The notes under the pieces: model-generated
What the model was told of the DNA's origin: nothing
Seen by the model: only the letters and a program-made list of their open reading frames with translations
Database searches by the model: none
Program-made: the position numbers and the translations under genes
Part shown: one piece after another, positions 1-8,927 of the stretch
Numbering within the stretch: the stretch's first letter is position 1
How the letters are laid out: each line of letters begins with the position of its first letter
Assembly: GCA_964571655.1 (NCBI GenBank)
Contig: CAZNCX010000001.1
Location: forward strand, 1,144 to 65,143
Direction of reading: 5' to 3'
Origin: an uncultured Elusimicrobium sp.
GTDB lineage: Bacteria; Elusimicrobiota; Elusimicrobia; Elusimicrobiales; Elusimicrobiaceae
Length of the DNA: 64,000 nucleotides

Positions 1-494
1 GATTTTACTTCTTGAACGCCGCCTATGCCAAAGATTTCTCCAAAAGAACTGCAGACCGAACCTGTGCATCCTATCTCGGGCCTGTCGTAAGCGCTTGATA
101 CCTGAAAAGACACCCCCGCCCTGTTATAAGTTACTACGGCGCAATTTTGATCAGCGCCTTTGCTGAGCGTCATTTTGAAACCTTTGCCTATTTTTCTGTA
201 ATTGCCCTCAGAATTATAAAATTCAAAGTCGCCGCTTGTAGTGCCTTCCATTTTCAATTGTTTGTTTGTAAAGCGCATATCTGTGGGAATTACGGTAAAA
301 TAATCTCCGTTTTTGGCCTGGTACTGGCTTTGGCGGGTTTTAAGCATTTCCAAAAGATTTACGGCTTCCACCACTTTGCTTTTGGCTACGCTTTTTGTGT
401 AAAGAGGATATGCTATAGCGGCCAAAACGCATAAAATAAGAACCACCACCATCATTTCCATTAGAGTAAAGCCTTTATGTCCTTTGCGTTTCAT
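1..494 (-). CDS. type IV pilin-like (pseudopilin) protein with prepilin-type N-terminal cleavage/methylation domain; C-terminal end lies outside the window
   Basis: Not in the ORF track because there is no stop inside the window. Reverse-strand ATG at 494-492 is preceded by GGGAGG. The translation MKRKGHKGFTLMEMMVVVLILCVLAAIAYPLYTKSVAKSKVVEAV... shows the G/FTLxE prepilin-peptidase motif plus a hydrophobic helix. I translated this frame down to position 1 without meeting a stop. Confidence 0.8.
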   Translation of the reverse strand, partial: MKRKGHKGFTLMEMMVVVLILCVLAAIAYPLYTKSVAKSKVVEAVNLLEMLKTRQSQYQAKNGDYFTVIPTDMRFTNKQLKMEGTTSGDFEFYNSEGNYRKIGKGFKMTLSKGADQNCAVVTYNRAGVSFQVSSAYDRPEIGCTGSVCSSFGEIFGIGGVQEVK

Positions 495-636
495 AAACGC
501 CTCCCGAAGATATAAAAAACCTCTTCAACTGCTTAATTTATTTAATAAGAAAAGAATACTGTTCTCATCGGAGAACCGCTTTTTATATTCTATATGAAAC
601 AGCCTAAATAGTCAATATATTATATTTTGCGAGTCT

Positions 637-1779
637 TTATTTTTTATAGAAAGACTTTATCACGCCGCAAACATACTTAACGTCCGCCGCCTTTAACTCC
701 GGAAACATCGGCACCGAGAGCACTTCTTTAGCGGCAAGTTCCGTATGGGGAAAATCCTGAGCCTTATATTTAAGACGTGCATAACAGGGCTGCTTATAGA
801 GCGGAACCGGATAATAAACGGCATTGCCTATGTTATGTTCTTTTAGGTAAGCGCTTAAAGCGTCGCGGTCTTTAACGCGCAGAGTGAAAACGTAATAGGA
901 TTGCGACCAGCCCTTAGGGGCCTGCGGCGGCAGAACAACCTGCTTTACGCCCGCAAGTTCTTTGCGGTACATCATAGCAATTTTTTGGCGCGCGGCAGTC
1001 CATTTGGCAAGATGTTTAAGTTTTACGTCTAAAATTGCGGCTTGCACTTCGTCCATTCTTAAGGTGGAACCTTCGCGGTCGTACTCGTAGGCTTTACCTA
1101 AAGAGCGGCCGCTGTGACGCAGGCTTTTGCAGGCGTCGGCGACATTTTTATCGTTTGTGACTACAGCCCCCGCGTCCCCGCAGGCGCCGAGGTTTTTGCT
1201 GGGATAAAAACTGAAAGCCCCCGCGTCCCCCCAAAGGCCGCTATATTTGCCCGCGCAGAGAGCCAAATGACTTTGAGCGCAGTCCTCAATAACTTTAAGA
1301 TTATGTTTTTTGGCTATTTTCATAATCGCAGGCATATCGGCGGGATATCCGTATAAATGAACAGGTAAAATAGCTTTTGTTTTCTTTGTGATTTTACTTT
1401 CAATTGCTTTTGGATCCAAGGTATACGTTTTCGGATTGATATCGGCAAAAACAAATTTTGCCCCCGTAAGAGTTATTGACGTGGTTGTGGCAACAAAAGT
1501 AAAAGGCGTTGTTATAACTTCGTCCCCCGCGCCTATGCCGCAGGCCATAAGGGCAATTTGCAGGGCGCTTGCACCCGAAGAGCAGCTTGCGCAGTATTTG
1601 GCTTTAAGCGCTTTTGCAAAATTATTTTCAAATTGTTCCGTCATAGGCCCTAAAAGCCAGTGCATGGAATTTAAGGCTTCAAGCGCGGCGCCGTTTAATT
1701 CTTTTTTAAGGGCGTCATGTTGTTCTTTAAGATTAAACAGCGGTACGGCTTTTATTTTATCGTTCATTTTTTCAGGCAC
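637..1779 (-). CDS. DegT/DnrJ/EryC1/StrS-family PLP-dependent sugar aminotransferase
   Basis: 380-aa ORF with family signatures by eye (GDEVITTPFTFVATT; FSFYPSKNLGACGDAG). Confidence 0.9.
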   Translation of the reverse strand: MPEKMNDKIKAVPLFNLKEQHDALKKELNGAALEALNSMHWLLGPMTEQFENNFAKALKAKYCASCSSGASALQIALMACGIGAGDEVITTPFTFVATTTSITLTGAKFVFADINPKTYTLDPKAIESKITKKTKAILPVHLYGYPADMPAIMKIAKKHNLKVIEDCAQSHLALCAGKYSGLWGDAGAFSFYPSKNLGACGDAGAVVTNDKNVADACKSLRHSGRSLGKAYEYDREGSTLRMDEVQAAILDVKLKHLAKWTAARQKIAMMYRKELAGVKQVVLPPQAPKGWSQSYYVFTLRVKDRDALSAYLKEHNIGNAVYYPVPLYKQPCYARLKYKAQDFPHTELAAKEVLSVPMFPELKAADVKYVCGVIKSFYKK

Positions 1780-2408
1780 CTTATTTCTTTTATGTTCGCA
1801 AGCTCTTTTAGCGTTTCGTCTAAAACAGAGGCGGACATATTAGTTTCCATTTTAATTACAAAAAAGCCGTCTTCTTTGAAAAAACTTTTCTTAAGAACAT
1901 CGGCTTTCTTTGAGGATAAAATCTCATTGATTTTATCAACAACTTTCCAATCCGGTTCGCATTTTACCGTTATAATTTCAAATTCCTTAAGGGCGTCCAT
2001 TCTCTCAATAAATTTGCGCAGAAAAAGCTGTAAAAATAAAGCAAAAACAGTTGCCGTAAAAGCTATCGCATATTCCCCGTAGCCGACAGCCATGCCTACT
2101 GCGGCCACAAGCCATATGCCCGCTGCCGTGGTAAGACCGGAAATTTTATTTCCTTCCCGCAGGATGGAACCCGCTCCCAAAAATCCCACGCCCGTTACTA
2201 TCTGCGCGGCAATGCGCGCAGGATCTCCGCCGTAAGTCTGCGCCGATAAAATGGAAAGCAGCGCAAAAACCGTTGAGCCCAGACAAATTAAAGTGTTTGT
2301 CGCAAAGCCCGCCGGCTTTTCGTGATACTGACGCTCAACGCCTATAAGGCCGCCCAGCGCCAGAGAAACTGCAAGTCTTATAAGAACTTCCGCGGTTGTT
2401 GTTATCAT
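1764..2408 (-). CDS. MgtC/SapB-family membrane protein
   Basis: 214-aa ORF with the N-terminal signature LALGGLIGVERQ..KPAGFATN. The N-half is hydrophobic and the C-half soluble. It overlaps the upstream gene by 16 nt. Confidence 0.85.
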   Translation of the reverse strand: MITTTAEVLIRLAVSLALGGLIGVERQYHEKPAGFATNTLICLGSTVFALLSILSAQTYGGDPARIAAQIVTGVGFLGAGSILREGNKISGLTTAAGIWLVAAVGMAVGYGEYAIAFTATVFALFLQLFLRKFIERMDALKEFEIITVKCEPDWKVVDKINEILSSKKADVLKKSFFKEDGFFVIKMETNMSASVLDETLKELANIKEIRCLKK

Positions 2409-2457
2409 ATCTTTATTATATAAAATCGCGCGCGCCCCGAACGAGTATCTTTGCTCT

Positions 2458-3501
2458 TCAGCCTTTTGCGGGGAAAAGCATTACCAAAATAAAAGTGGCC
2501 AGCATAAGCGCAAACCCCGGGATAAAAGCGGCGCGCGCCCATTGTTTGCTTTTTATCTTAAACTTGGAAGCGCAGATTATGTTTGGTATATTTCCAGGGA
2601 TTAAAAGCCCGCCTGAAATAATAAGGGCCATAAGCATAAATTCTATTTGGGCGTTTGTCATCTCGGGCACAATTTCGGCCGCGGCCAAAGTGGCGTTATC
2701 CAGCACGGCGGAAATTATATTTGCCCAGTATAAAGCCCACGAGGGCAGTTTCATAATAGTGGCCTTGGCAAGCGGCGTAAGCCCTTTGCCGAAGAGGACC
2801 AAAGCCGTAATGAATAAATAAACTTTGACCGAGCGCACTATAATTGCCTTAACGCTTTCAACGGCAATCTCGGTATAATTTTTTTTATGTTCTTCCTTTA
2901 GACGGCCGGCCAGAAAAGAAAAGAAACAAACGCCTATTACCACAAAAGGCCAAAGCATATCAAGAAGATAAAAAAAGCCCGCGTTATGCGGAGGCACGCT
3001 CAGTTTATTTACGACTATTGTTGAAAGAGGCTCCCCTATCGGCGTTAAAACCGCGCCCATGCCTATGCCAAAGCAGCCCATTACGATAACATGCACCGTA
3101 TCTTTGCGCGATAAACGCAAAGTAGCCACCGCTTCACACAAAACAAGCGCGGCGACTATAGCCGTTATAATACTGGATAAAAATGACAGCAGGAAAACTA
3201 TTACTATTACCGATTTTTTTATGCCAATTCTGGCCTGTATTTTATCTATCAAAAAAGCCAGCTGCTTATTAAATTTATTAAATAGAATACCGGTAATTAA
3301 AACAGCAAGAGTTATTTTTACAGGCTCTAAAAGAGCCTCTTCCACAAGATGCAAACTCCACGCGCCGGAGACGGAAACCGCCAAAACGCCCAAGATAAAA
3401 ATAAAAATTTCAAGTTCTTTTTCAACCGCGTGGACAAAGAAAGGCAAAACAAGCGCGGCGATAATTATCGCAGTTAAGGCAAACATCACAGTAAGCGGCA
3501 T
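2458..3501 (-). CDS. polytopic membrane protein, DUF1646-like putative cation transporter
   Basis: 347-aa ORF with about 10 hydrophobic helices. Its size and N-terminus resemble DUF1646-type proteins from memory. This is not verified by search. Confidence 0.5.
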   Translation of the reverse strand: MPLTVMFALTAIIIAALVLPFFVHAVEKELEIFIFILGVLAVSVSGAWSLHLVEEALLEPVKITLAVLITGILFNKFNKQLAFLIDKIQARIGIKKSVIVIVFLLSFLSSIITAIVAALVLCEAVATLRLSRKDTVHVIVMGCFGIGMGAVLTPIGEPLSTIVVNKLSVPPHNAGFFYLLDMLWPFVVIGVCFFSFLAGRLKEEHKKNYTEIAVESVKAIIVRSVKVYLFITALVLFGKGLTPLAKATIMKLPSWALYWANIISAVLDNATLAAAEIVPEMTNAQIEFMLMALIISGGLLIPGNIPNIICASKFKIKSKQWARAAFIPGFALMLATFILVMLFPAKG

Positions 3502-3541
3502 AAACCCTCCGTTTTATTAAAGAGAAGCGGCAAAGTACAAG

Positions 3542-3973
3542 TTATCTGAAAGATATTCTTCTGTTTTCTTTTTGCCGTTTTCTTTCAAAGTGCCGCGCCA
3601 AACTTATATTGCCGGGCCCCAAAATAAGGAACCCGCTTAAAATAAGCAAAGCAAAAAGAACGCCCGTCATATTAACCTTGTTTATACTGCCGGCAAAAAA
3701 GAAAAAGCCGTAAAACAAGCTTATGACAATCATGCAAATTACGCTGGGTCCCCAAAAAAAGCCCAGCATTATAAACAAAGAACAAAGCAGACTTAAGCCC
3801 ACAACAACTGGACAGATAACCGAACTAAACGGCAAGCCTACGTCAATGCCGTTTTGTATAAAAGCGTTCAAGTGCAGCGCGGCGCCCAGCGTCAGATAAA
3901 TAAAAGCCAAGGCAAAAATTACGCGCTGCACAAGCAAAGCTGTGTCAAGCTGTTTTTCCGTTATGGGTTTCAT
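3542..3973 (-). CDS. small four-helix membrane protein (DoxX-like?)
   Basis: 143-aa ORF with four hydrophobic segments and a basic C-terminal tail. The family assignment is weak. Confidence 0.55.
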   Translation of the reverse strand: MKPITEKQLDTALLVQRVIFALAFIYLTLGAALHLNAFIQNGIDVGLPFSSVICPVVVGLSLLCSLFIMLGFFWGPSVICMIVISLFYGFFFFAGSINKVNMTGVLFALLILSGFLILGPGNISLARHFERKRQKENRRISFR

Positions 3974-3984
3974 CGTTTATTTTT

Positions 3985-4836
3985 TTACAAAAAGTTAAAC
4001 CCCATGGACGCCCCGCCGAAGGATACCCCCGCGTTAAGCGAATAAAAAGTCTGCCTGTCGGCAGAATTTTTGCTGAAGTTAAACCACTCTACCGCGGCGT
4101 TTACGTTTATCATCGCCACCTTAAGCGTAAGGCCCAGTTTAGCGTCGTCAGTAGAGGTATATTCTTTTGTTTTTATCCACGTATAGGATGCAAAGGGACG
4201 TATAAATTTATAAGTGTAGCCCGCAGTTGCGCCTAAAGAATAATCAAGATAGCCTGCGTATATCGGGCCTAACTCAGGGATATCAAGCCAAGGCGGTGTT
4301 CTTTGCCTTTCTCCGCTGAAAGCTATGGACTTGGCAAAGTTTAGCGAGGTGTCAAAACCTCCTGTTTTTTGATAAAGGAAAGCGTAAATATCGCTTTCAT
4401 TTACGTTGGAAGAAGGCTCGTAAAACTTATGCTCGGTATTTTTGAAACCTGCGCCTATTTTAAGTTCATCGGTGGGAATTAAATTAAACAGCAGGGTTTG
4501 TATATTAAGCGCAGCGTAAGCATTCCACGCATAGTTGGAATAATAATTTACCTTGGGCACATAACTGCCGCCGGCGCCGACTTCAAGAATATCAATAAAC
4601 GGCACTTGGTATAGCGCGCCGAGGGAATATTGAGACATAGCGTCAATATTATCCTGCGTATAGCGCGTGTAGCCGGGGGCAACTGAAAGCCCCGGGACAA
4701 AAGGCACGCCAAGGTTAAGAGAAGCGCGCATAACGGAATATCCGTCCTTGCCCGCAAGGCCCGACACGTTTAACTGCCCGAAGCAGAGCGCAGTCGGAAA
4801 GATAAACAAAAATGCGGCTGATAATATTTTTTTCAT
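3985..4836 (-). CDS. outer-membrane beta-barrel protein (hypothetical)
   Basis: The ORF track gives 3985..4911. I prefer the internal ATG at 4836, because MKKILSAAFLFIFPTALCFGQ is a Sec signal peptide. That start also removes the overlap with the gene ending at 4841. The sequence shows an alternating amphipathic pattern rich in G/Y/S/N. Confidence 0.65.
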   Translation of the reverse strand: MKKILSAAFLFIFPTALCFGQLNVSGLAGKDGYSVMRASLNLGVPFVPGLSVAPGYTRYTQDNIDAMSQYSLGALYQVPFIDILEVGAGGSYVPKVNYYSNYAWNAYAALNIQTLLFNLIPTDELKIGAGFKNTEHKFYEPSSNVNESDIYAFLYQKTGGFDTSLNFAKSIAFSGERQRTPPWLDIPELGPIYAGYLDYSLGATAGYTYKFIRPFASYTWIKTKEYTSTDDAKLGLTLKVAMINVNAAVEWFNFSKNSADRQTFYSLNAGVSFGGASMGFNFL

Positions 4837-4840
4837 AAGC

Positions 4841-5920
4841 TTATTTTTTGCCGCAGGCTTTTTGTTTAAGCGCGGCAATTTTTTTATCCTCGTCTTGAAG
4901 AAATTTTGCATAATTTCTGGATTTTCTGTTTTCCCATCCTTTCTTGTGATAGCCGTAGCCTATTATAAGAGGCGCGGCCAGCGTAACTTCACTGTAAACC
5001 ATTTGCTCAAGCGCGGTGGAAACTTTGCCCCACGAAGAGGCTTCTTTTAATGTGGAGCTTGAAAGCGCCCCGTCGCGGACGTCGGCAACGGTAATCTGCA
5101 CGGCGTATTTATGCATCGGCGTATCTGCTCCTAAAATCTCAGCTGCGACAACGGTATCCTGCACAAAGTTTTTGGGCACGCCGCCGCTGAACATCATAAG
5201 ACCGCTTTGCTTACTGTTGACTTTTATTTTTGTAAGCTCAAGGAAATCTTTTACGCTGTCAATGGAAACGTGGCCTAAGGGATTTTCCGTCTGATGGGCT
5301 ACAAGACCAAAACCCGCCGAACAATCCGAAAACGCCGGCACAAATATAGGCACGCCTTTCTTGTATGCGTTATAGATAATGCTGTCTTTACCTTTTTTAT
5401 TCTTCTCAAGCCATTTGCCCATTTCGTATATAAACTCGCGGGAAGAAAACGGCCTCTTCTCCAAATTATCGGCGATGATTTTAACAGTCTCGTCGCAGAC
5501 TTTAAGTTCGTCTTCGTTAATATAGGTGTCGTAAATGCGGTCAATGTGGAGATCTCTTAAAAGGTTATCGTCGGCATAATACTGATCGCCCTTATAATGT
5601 TTATAGCCCAGAGCTTCAAAGAAATCCTGGTCCACCATATTGGCGCCCGTTGAGACAATGGCGTCAACCATATTGTTTTGTATCATATCAACGACAAGCT
5701 TTTTTAGCCCCGCCGATATAAGAGAGCCCGCCAAACACAAAAAAATGCAGCAGCCTTTATCTTTTATCATAGCGTCGTAGATATTGGCCGCGCGGTTTAA
5801 GTCCCTTGACGTATAGGCCATATCGGCCATAGCGTCAACCAGCGATACTACATTATGTTTTTTGATATCAATATGTTTGATGGTGTCCTTCAAAAAACTT
5901 TTTTGTGTCTTCTTTTCCAT
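4841..5920 (-). CDS. deoxyhypusine synthase-like protein (possible homospermidine-synthase-type enzyme)
   Basis: 359-aa ORF with an AAGGAG SD. It shows the deoxyhypusine synthase family pattern (LAGSLISAGLKK, STGANMVDQDFFEALG, VPIFVPAFSDCS, SGGVPKNF). Confidence 0.85.
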   Translation of the reverse strand: MEKKTQKSFLKDTIKHIDIKKHNVVSLVDAMADMAYTSRDLNRAANIYDAMIKDKGCCIFLCLAGSLISAGLKKLVVDMIQNNMVDAIVSTGANMVDQDFFEALGYKHYKGDQYYADDNLLRDLHIDRIYDTYINEDELKVCDETVKIIADNLEKRPFSSREFIYEMGKWLEKNKKGKDSIIYNAYKKGVPIFVPAFSDCSAGFGLVAHQTENPLGHVSIDSVKDFLELTKIKVNSKQSGLMMFSGGVPKNFVQDTVVAAEILGADTPMHKYAVQITVADVRDGALSSSTLKEASSWGKVSTALEQMVYSEVTLAAPLIIGYGYHKKGWENRKSRNYAKFLQDEDKKIAALKQKACGKK

Positions 5921-5978
5921 TTCTTTTATTCTCCTTAGATAACTCCTCTTTTTGACTGCTTTCTTATTTTTGTTAAAT

Positions 5979-5987
5979 TGCTATAAT
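5979..5987 (+). promoter_or_regulatory. extended -10 promoter element TGcTATAAT for glyA
   Basis: TGCTATAAT lies 48 nt upstream of the glyA ATG in a divergent intergenic region. There is no well-spaced -35. Confidence 0.4.
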
Positions 5988-6034
5988 TGGGTATATACAA
6001 TTATATAAAATACGAAAACTTTTGCGGAGGTTTT

Positions 6035-7282
6035 ATGTACGAGCATATTAAAAAACAGGACACACCCGTTTACGAAGCGATTATGCAGGAAGCCGCGCGC
6101 CAGCAAAACCGCATAGAGTTAATAGCGTCCGAAAATTTTACTTCAGAGGCCGTGATGGAAGCCCAAGGTTCCGTTTTAACCAATAAATACGCCGAAGGAT
6201 ATCCCGCCAAACGCTATTACGGCGGATGCGAATTTGTGGATATTGTTGAAAATATCGCCATTGAACGCGCCAAAGAATTATTTAAGGCCGAGGCGGCAAA
6301 CGTCCAGCCGCACAGCGGCACGCAGGCAAATATAGCGGCCTATCTTTCCTTAATAAATCCGGGCGACGGCGTTATGGGATTAAACCTTTCCCACGGCGGG
6401 CATTTAACGCACGGACACCCGCTTAACTTCAGCGGCAAATATTTTAAGATGTCCTCAATAAACGTGCGCCCCGATACCGAGGAAATTGATTACGACGAGG
6501 CCGCCAAAACCGCCGCGGAGGCAAAACCTAAACTCATTATGGCCGGCGCGTCTAATTATTCCCGCATTTTTGACTGGGCTTATTTAAGAAAAATTGCAGA
6601 CAGCGTGGGCGCATTTTTAGTCTGCGATATCGCCCATTACGCGGGCCTTGTAGCCGCGGGCGAATACCCTTCCCCCGTGCCTTACGCTGATATCGTTACA
6701 ACTACCACGCATAAAACTTTGCGCGGCCCGCGCGGCGGCTTAATTTTGTGCAAAGAAAAATATCTTAAACAGGTAAACTCAAGCGTATTTCCGGGCAATC
6801 AGGGCGGGCCGCTTATGCATATAATTGCGGCAAAAGCAGTCTGCTTCGGCGAGGCTCTTAAGCCGGAGTTTAAGACTTATCAAAAACAGGTAAAAGCAAA
6901 CGCTAAAGAGCTGGCCGCGCAAATGGCAAAAAAAGGATACCGCATCGTAGCCGGCGGCACGGACTGCCACGTTTTTTGCGTGGACCTTCGCGCAAAAAAT
7001 ATCACCGGCAAAGCCGCTGAGGCAGCCCTTGATCTGTCCGGCATAACCTGCAATAAGAATACTATTCCATATGACCCGCAGAAGCCTTTTGTAACAAGCG
7101 GCATAAGGCTTGGCACCCCCGCCGTTACCACGCGCGGTATGAAAGAGGCACAAATGGCAGAAATCGCTTCTTTTATAGACGAAGCTATTTCCAATCACGA
7201 AAATCCGCAGAAACTGGAGGAAATTTCCTTAAAAGTGAAGGCATTTCTCAGCGCCTATCCGCTTTATAAAGGTATGTTTTAA
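6035..7282 (+). CDS. glyA: serine hydroxymethyltransferase
   Basis: The ORF track starts at 5987. The ATG at 6035 has a GGAGG SD 5 nt upstream and gives the canonical N-terminus. The PLP-lysine motif [14 protein letters not shown] is present. Confidence 0.95.
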   Translation: MYEHIKKQDTPVYEAIMQEAARQQNRIELIASENFTSEAVMEAQGSVLTNKYAEGYPAKRYYGGCEFVDIVENIAIERAKELFKAEAANVQPHSGTQANIAAYLSLINPGDGVMGLNLSHGGHLTHGHPLNFSGKYFKMSSINVRPDTEEIDYDEAAKTAAEAKPKLIMAGASNYSRIFDWAYLRKIADSVGAFLVCDIAHYAGLVAAGEYPSPVPYADIVTTTTHKTLRGPRGGLILCKEKYLKQVNSSVFPGNQGGPLMHIIAAKAVCFGEALKPEFKTYQKQVKANAKELAAQMAKKGYRIVAGGTDCHVFCVDLRAKNITGKAAEAALDLSGITCNKNTIPYDPQKPFVTSGIRLGTPAVTTRGMKEAQMAEIASFIDEAISNHENPQKLEEISLKVKAFLSAYPLYKGMF

Positions 7283-7284
7283 TT

Positions 7285-8130
7285 ATGATAGACATCGCGA
7301 TAATAGGCGGCAGCGGTTTATACCGCATTGACGGGCTTAAAGACGTAAAGGAAGTTTCTGTTTCCACCCCTTACGGCAAACCTTCAGATAAAATAATCAC
7401 AGGTTTGCTTGGTAAAACGCGCGTGGCTTTTTTGGCAAGGCATAACAGAGAGCATATTTTTACCCCGAGCGAAGTGCCTTACCGCGCAAACATTTACGCG
7501 CTTAAAAAACTGGGGGCTAAGATTGCCGTAGCCTTCAGCGCGGTGGGTTCCCTTCAGGAAAAATACGCACCCAAAACTTTTGTTATGCCCGACCAGCTTG
7601 TTGACAAAACAACCCTGCGCCCAAATACTTTTTTCGGCGGGGGTTTTGTGGCCCATGCTTCTTTTGCGTATCCTTTTTGCGATTGCCTTCAGCAGGTTTT
7701 ATATAAAGAGGCAAAAAAACTTGAAATAAAAACTTTCAATAAAGGCGTTTTAGTCTGCATGGAAGGGCCGCAGTATTCCACAAAAGCAGAAAGCGTTTTC
7801 CACCGCAAAATGGGCTGGGATTTGATAGGTATGACCTCGTGTCCCGAAGCAAAACTCGCAAGGGAGGCCGGCCTTATTTTGGGGCAGGTTGCCATGGTTA
7901 CCGACTATGACAGCTGGAAAGAGGGAGAAGAGGTCAGTGTAGAAAAAGTAAACGAAACTATGCTCTACAATGAAATTGCGGCCAAAAATCTGATTTTAAG
8001 CGCTGCGCCAAAAATCGCAAATATGAAATTCTGCGGTAAATGCAAAAGCTATATGCCTGACTTTAATGCGACGCACAGCAAACATCTGGATAAGAAACTG
8101 AAAGAAAAATTAAAAATATTGTTTGACTGA
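7285..8130 (+). CDS. mtnP: S-methyl-5'-thioadenosine phosphorylase
   Basis: 281-aa ORF with the MTAP/PNP family pattern (IGGSGLY, FLARH, GMTSCPEAKLAREAG). Confidence 0.88.
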   Translation: MIDIAIIGGSGLYRIDGLKDVKEVSVSTPYGKPSDKIITGLLGKTRVAFLARHNREHIFTPSEVPYRANIYALKKLGAKIAVAFSAVGSLQEKYAPKTFVMPDQLVDKTTLRPNTFFGGGFVAHASFAYPFCDCLQQVLYKEAKKLEIKTFNKGVLVCMEGPQYSTKAESVFHRKMGWDLIGMTSCPEAKLAREAGLILGQVAMVTDYDSWKEGEEVSVEKVNETMLYNEIAAKNLILSAAPKIANMKFCGKCKSYMPDFNATHSKHLDKKLKEKLKILFD

Positions 8131-8131
8131 T

Positions 8132-8917
8132 ATGAAATTTATTGATTCACACGCACATATAAACGATCCCGCTTTTGATAAGGACAGGGAGCAGGTTATA
8201 ACGGCGTTCCTCGCCGCAGGCGTGGAACGCATAGCCGAAATCGGCTGCGAAAAACAAGAATGGCAGCTTGCTTTGTCCCTTTGCGAAAAATACCCGCAGT
8301 TTTGGGCGGTTTTGGGGCTGCACCCTATTTTTGCGCATACTTTTGACAATAAAACTTTAAGCGAAATTAAACCTTATTTTACAAACCCTTTTGTACGCGC
8401 CGTGGGTGAAATAGGCCTTGACTACGCCTATGAAAACGAAAGCCCGCGTGAAAAACAAAAAGAGGTTTTTTACGCCATGCTCGGCCTTGCAAAAGAAGTA
8501 AAGAAGCCCGTAGTTTTACATTGCAGAAAAACAAATCTGCCAGAGGACTTCAGCGCGTACGACGATTTGGCCGCTATACTTAAAAATTATGACGGCGGCG
8601 GCATAATGCATTGTTTCAGCGGACGCTGGCAAGACGCCGTATTTGCTTTGGATAAAGGCTTTTTAATAGGCATAAACGGAATAATAGGCTATAAAAAAAA
8701 TGACGATTTAAGAGCTTCCGTTAAGAAAATAGGGCTGGAGCGTATAGTGGTGGAAACAGACTGCCCGTACCTGCCTCCGCAGTCAAAGCGCGGGCAGAGA
8801 AATTCCCCCGTCAATATCCCCGAAATTGCCCAAACTTTGGCTGATATTTTGGGTAAAAAAATAGAGGACGTCGCAGAAATAACTTCCCGCAACGCCCTTA
8901 AATTTTTTGGTAAATAA
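8132..8917 (+). CDS. TatD-family metal-dependent hydrolase/DNase
   Basis: The track start at 8123 is a TTG. The ATG at 8132 sits 1 nt after the mtnP stop. Motifs IDSHAHIN, EIGLDY and HCR are present. Confidence 0.9.
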   Translation: MKFIDSHAHINDPAFDKDREQVITAFLAAGVERIAEIGCEKQEWQLALSLCEKYPQFWAVLGLHPIFAHTFDNKTLSEIKPYFTNPFVRAVGEIGLDYAYENESPREKQKEVFYAMLGLAKEVKKPVVLHCRKTNLPEDFSAYDDLAAILKNYDGGGIMHCFSGRWQDAVFALDKGFLIGINGIIGYKKNDDLRASVKKIGLERIVVETDCPYLPPQSKRGQRNSPVNIPEIAQTLADILGKKIEDVAEITSRNALKFFGK

Positions 8918-8927
8918 ATACCTTAAA

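Noticed and set aside
3985-4911. N-terminally extended versions of several ORFs in the track (3985..4911, 5987.., 18404.., 35766..36209, 37655.., 42873..44126)
   Set aside because: Internal starts give proper signal peptides or canonical N-termini, have better SDs, and remove overlaps with neighbouring genes. The extensions are basic or low-complexity read-through of intergenic DNA.
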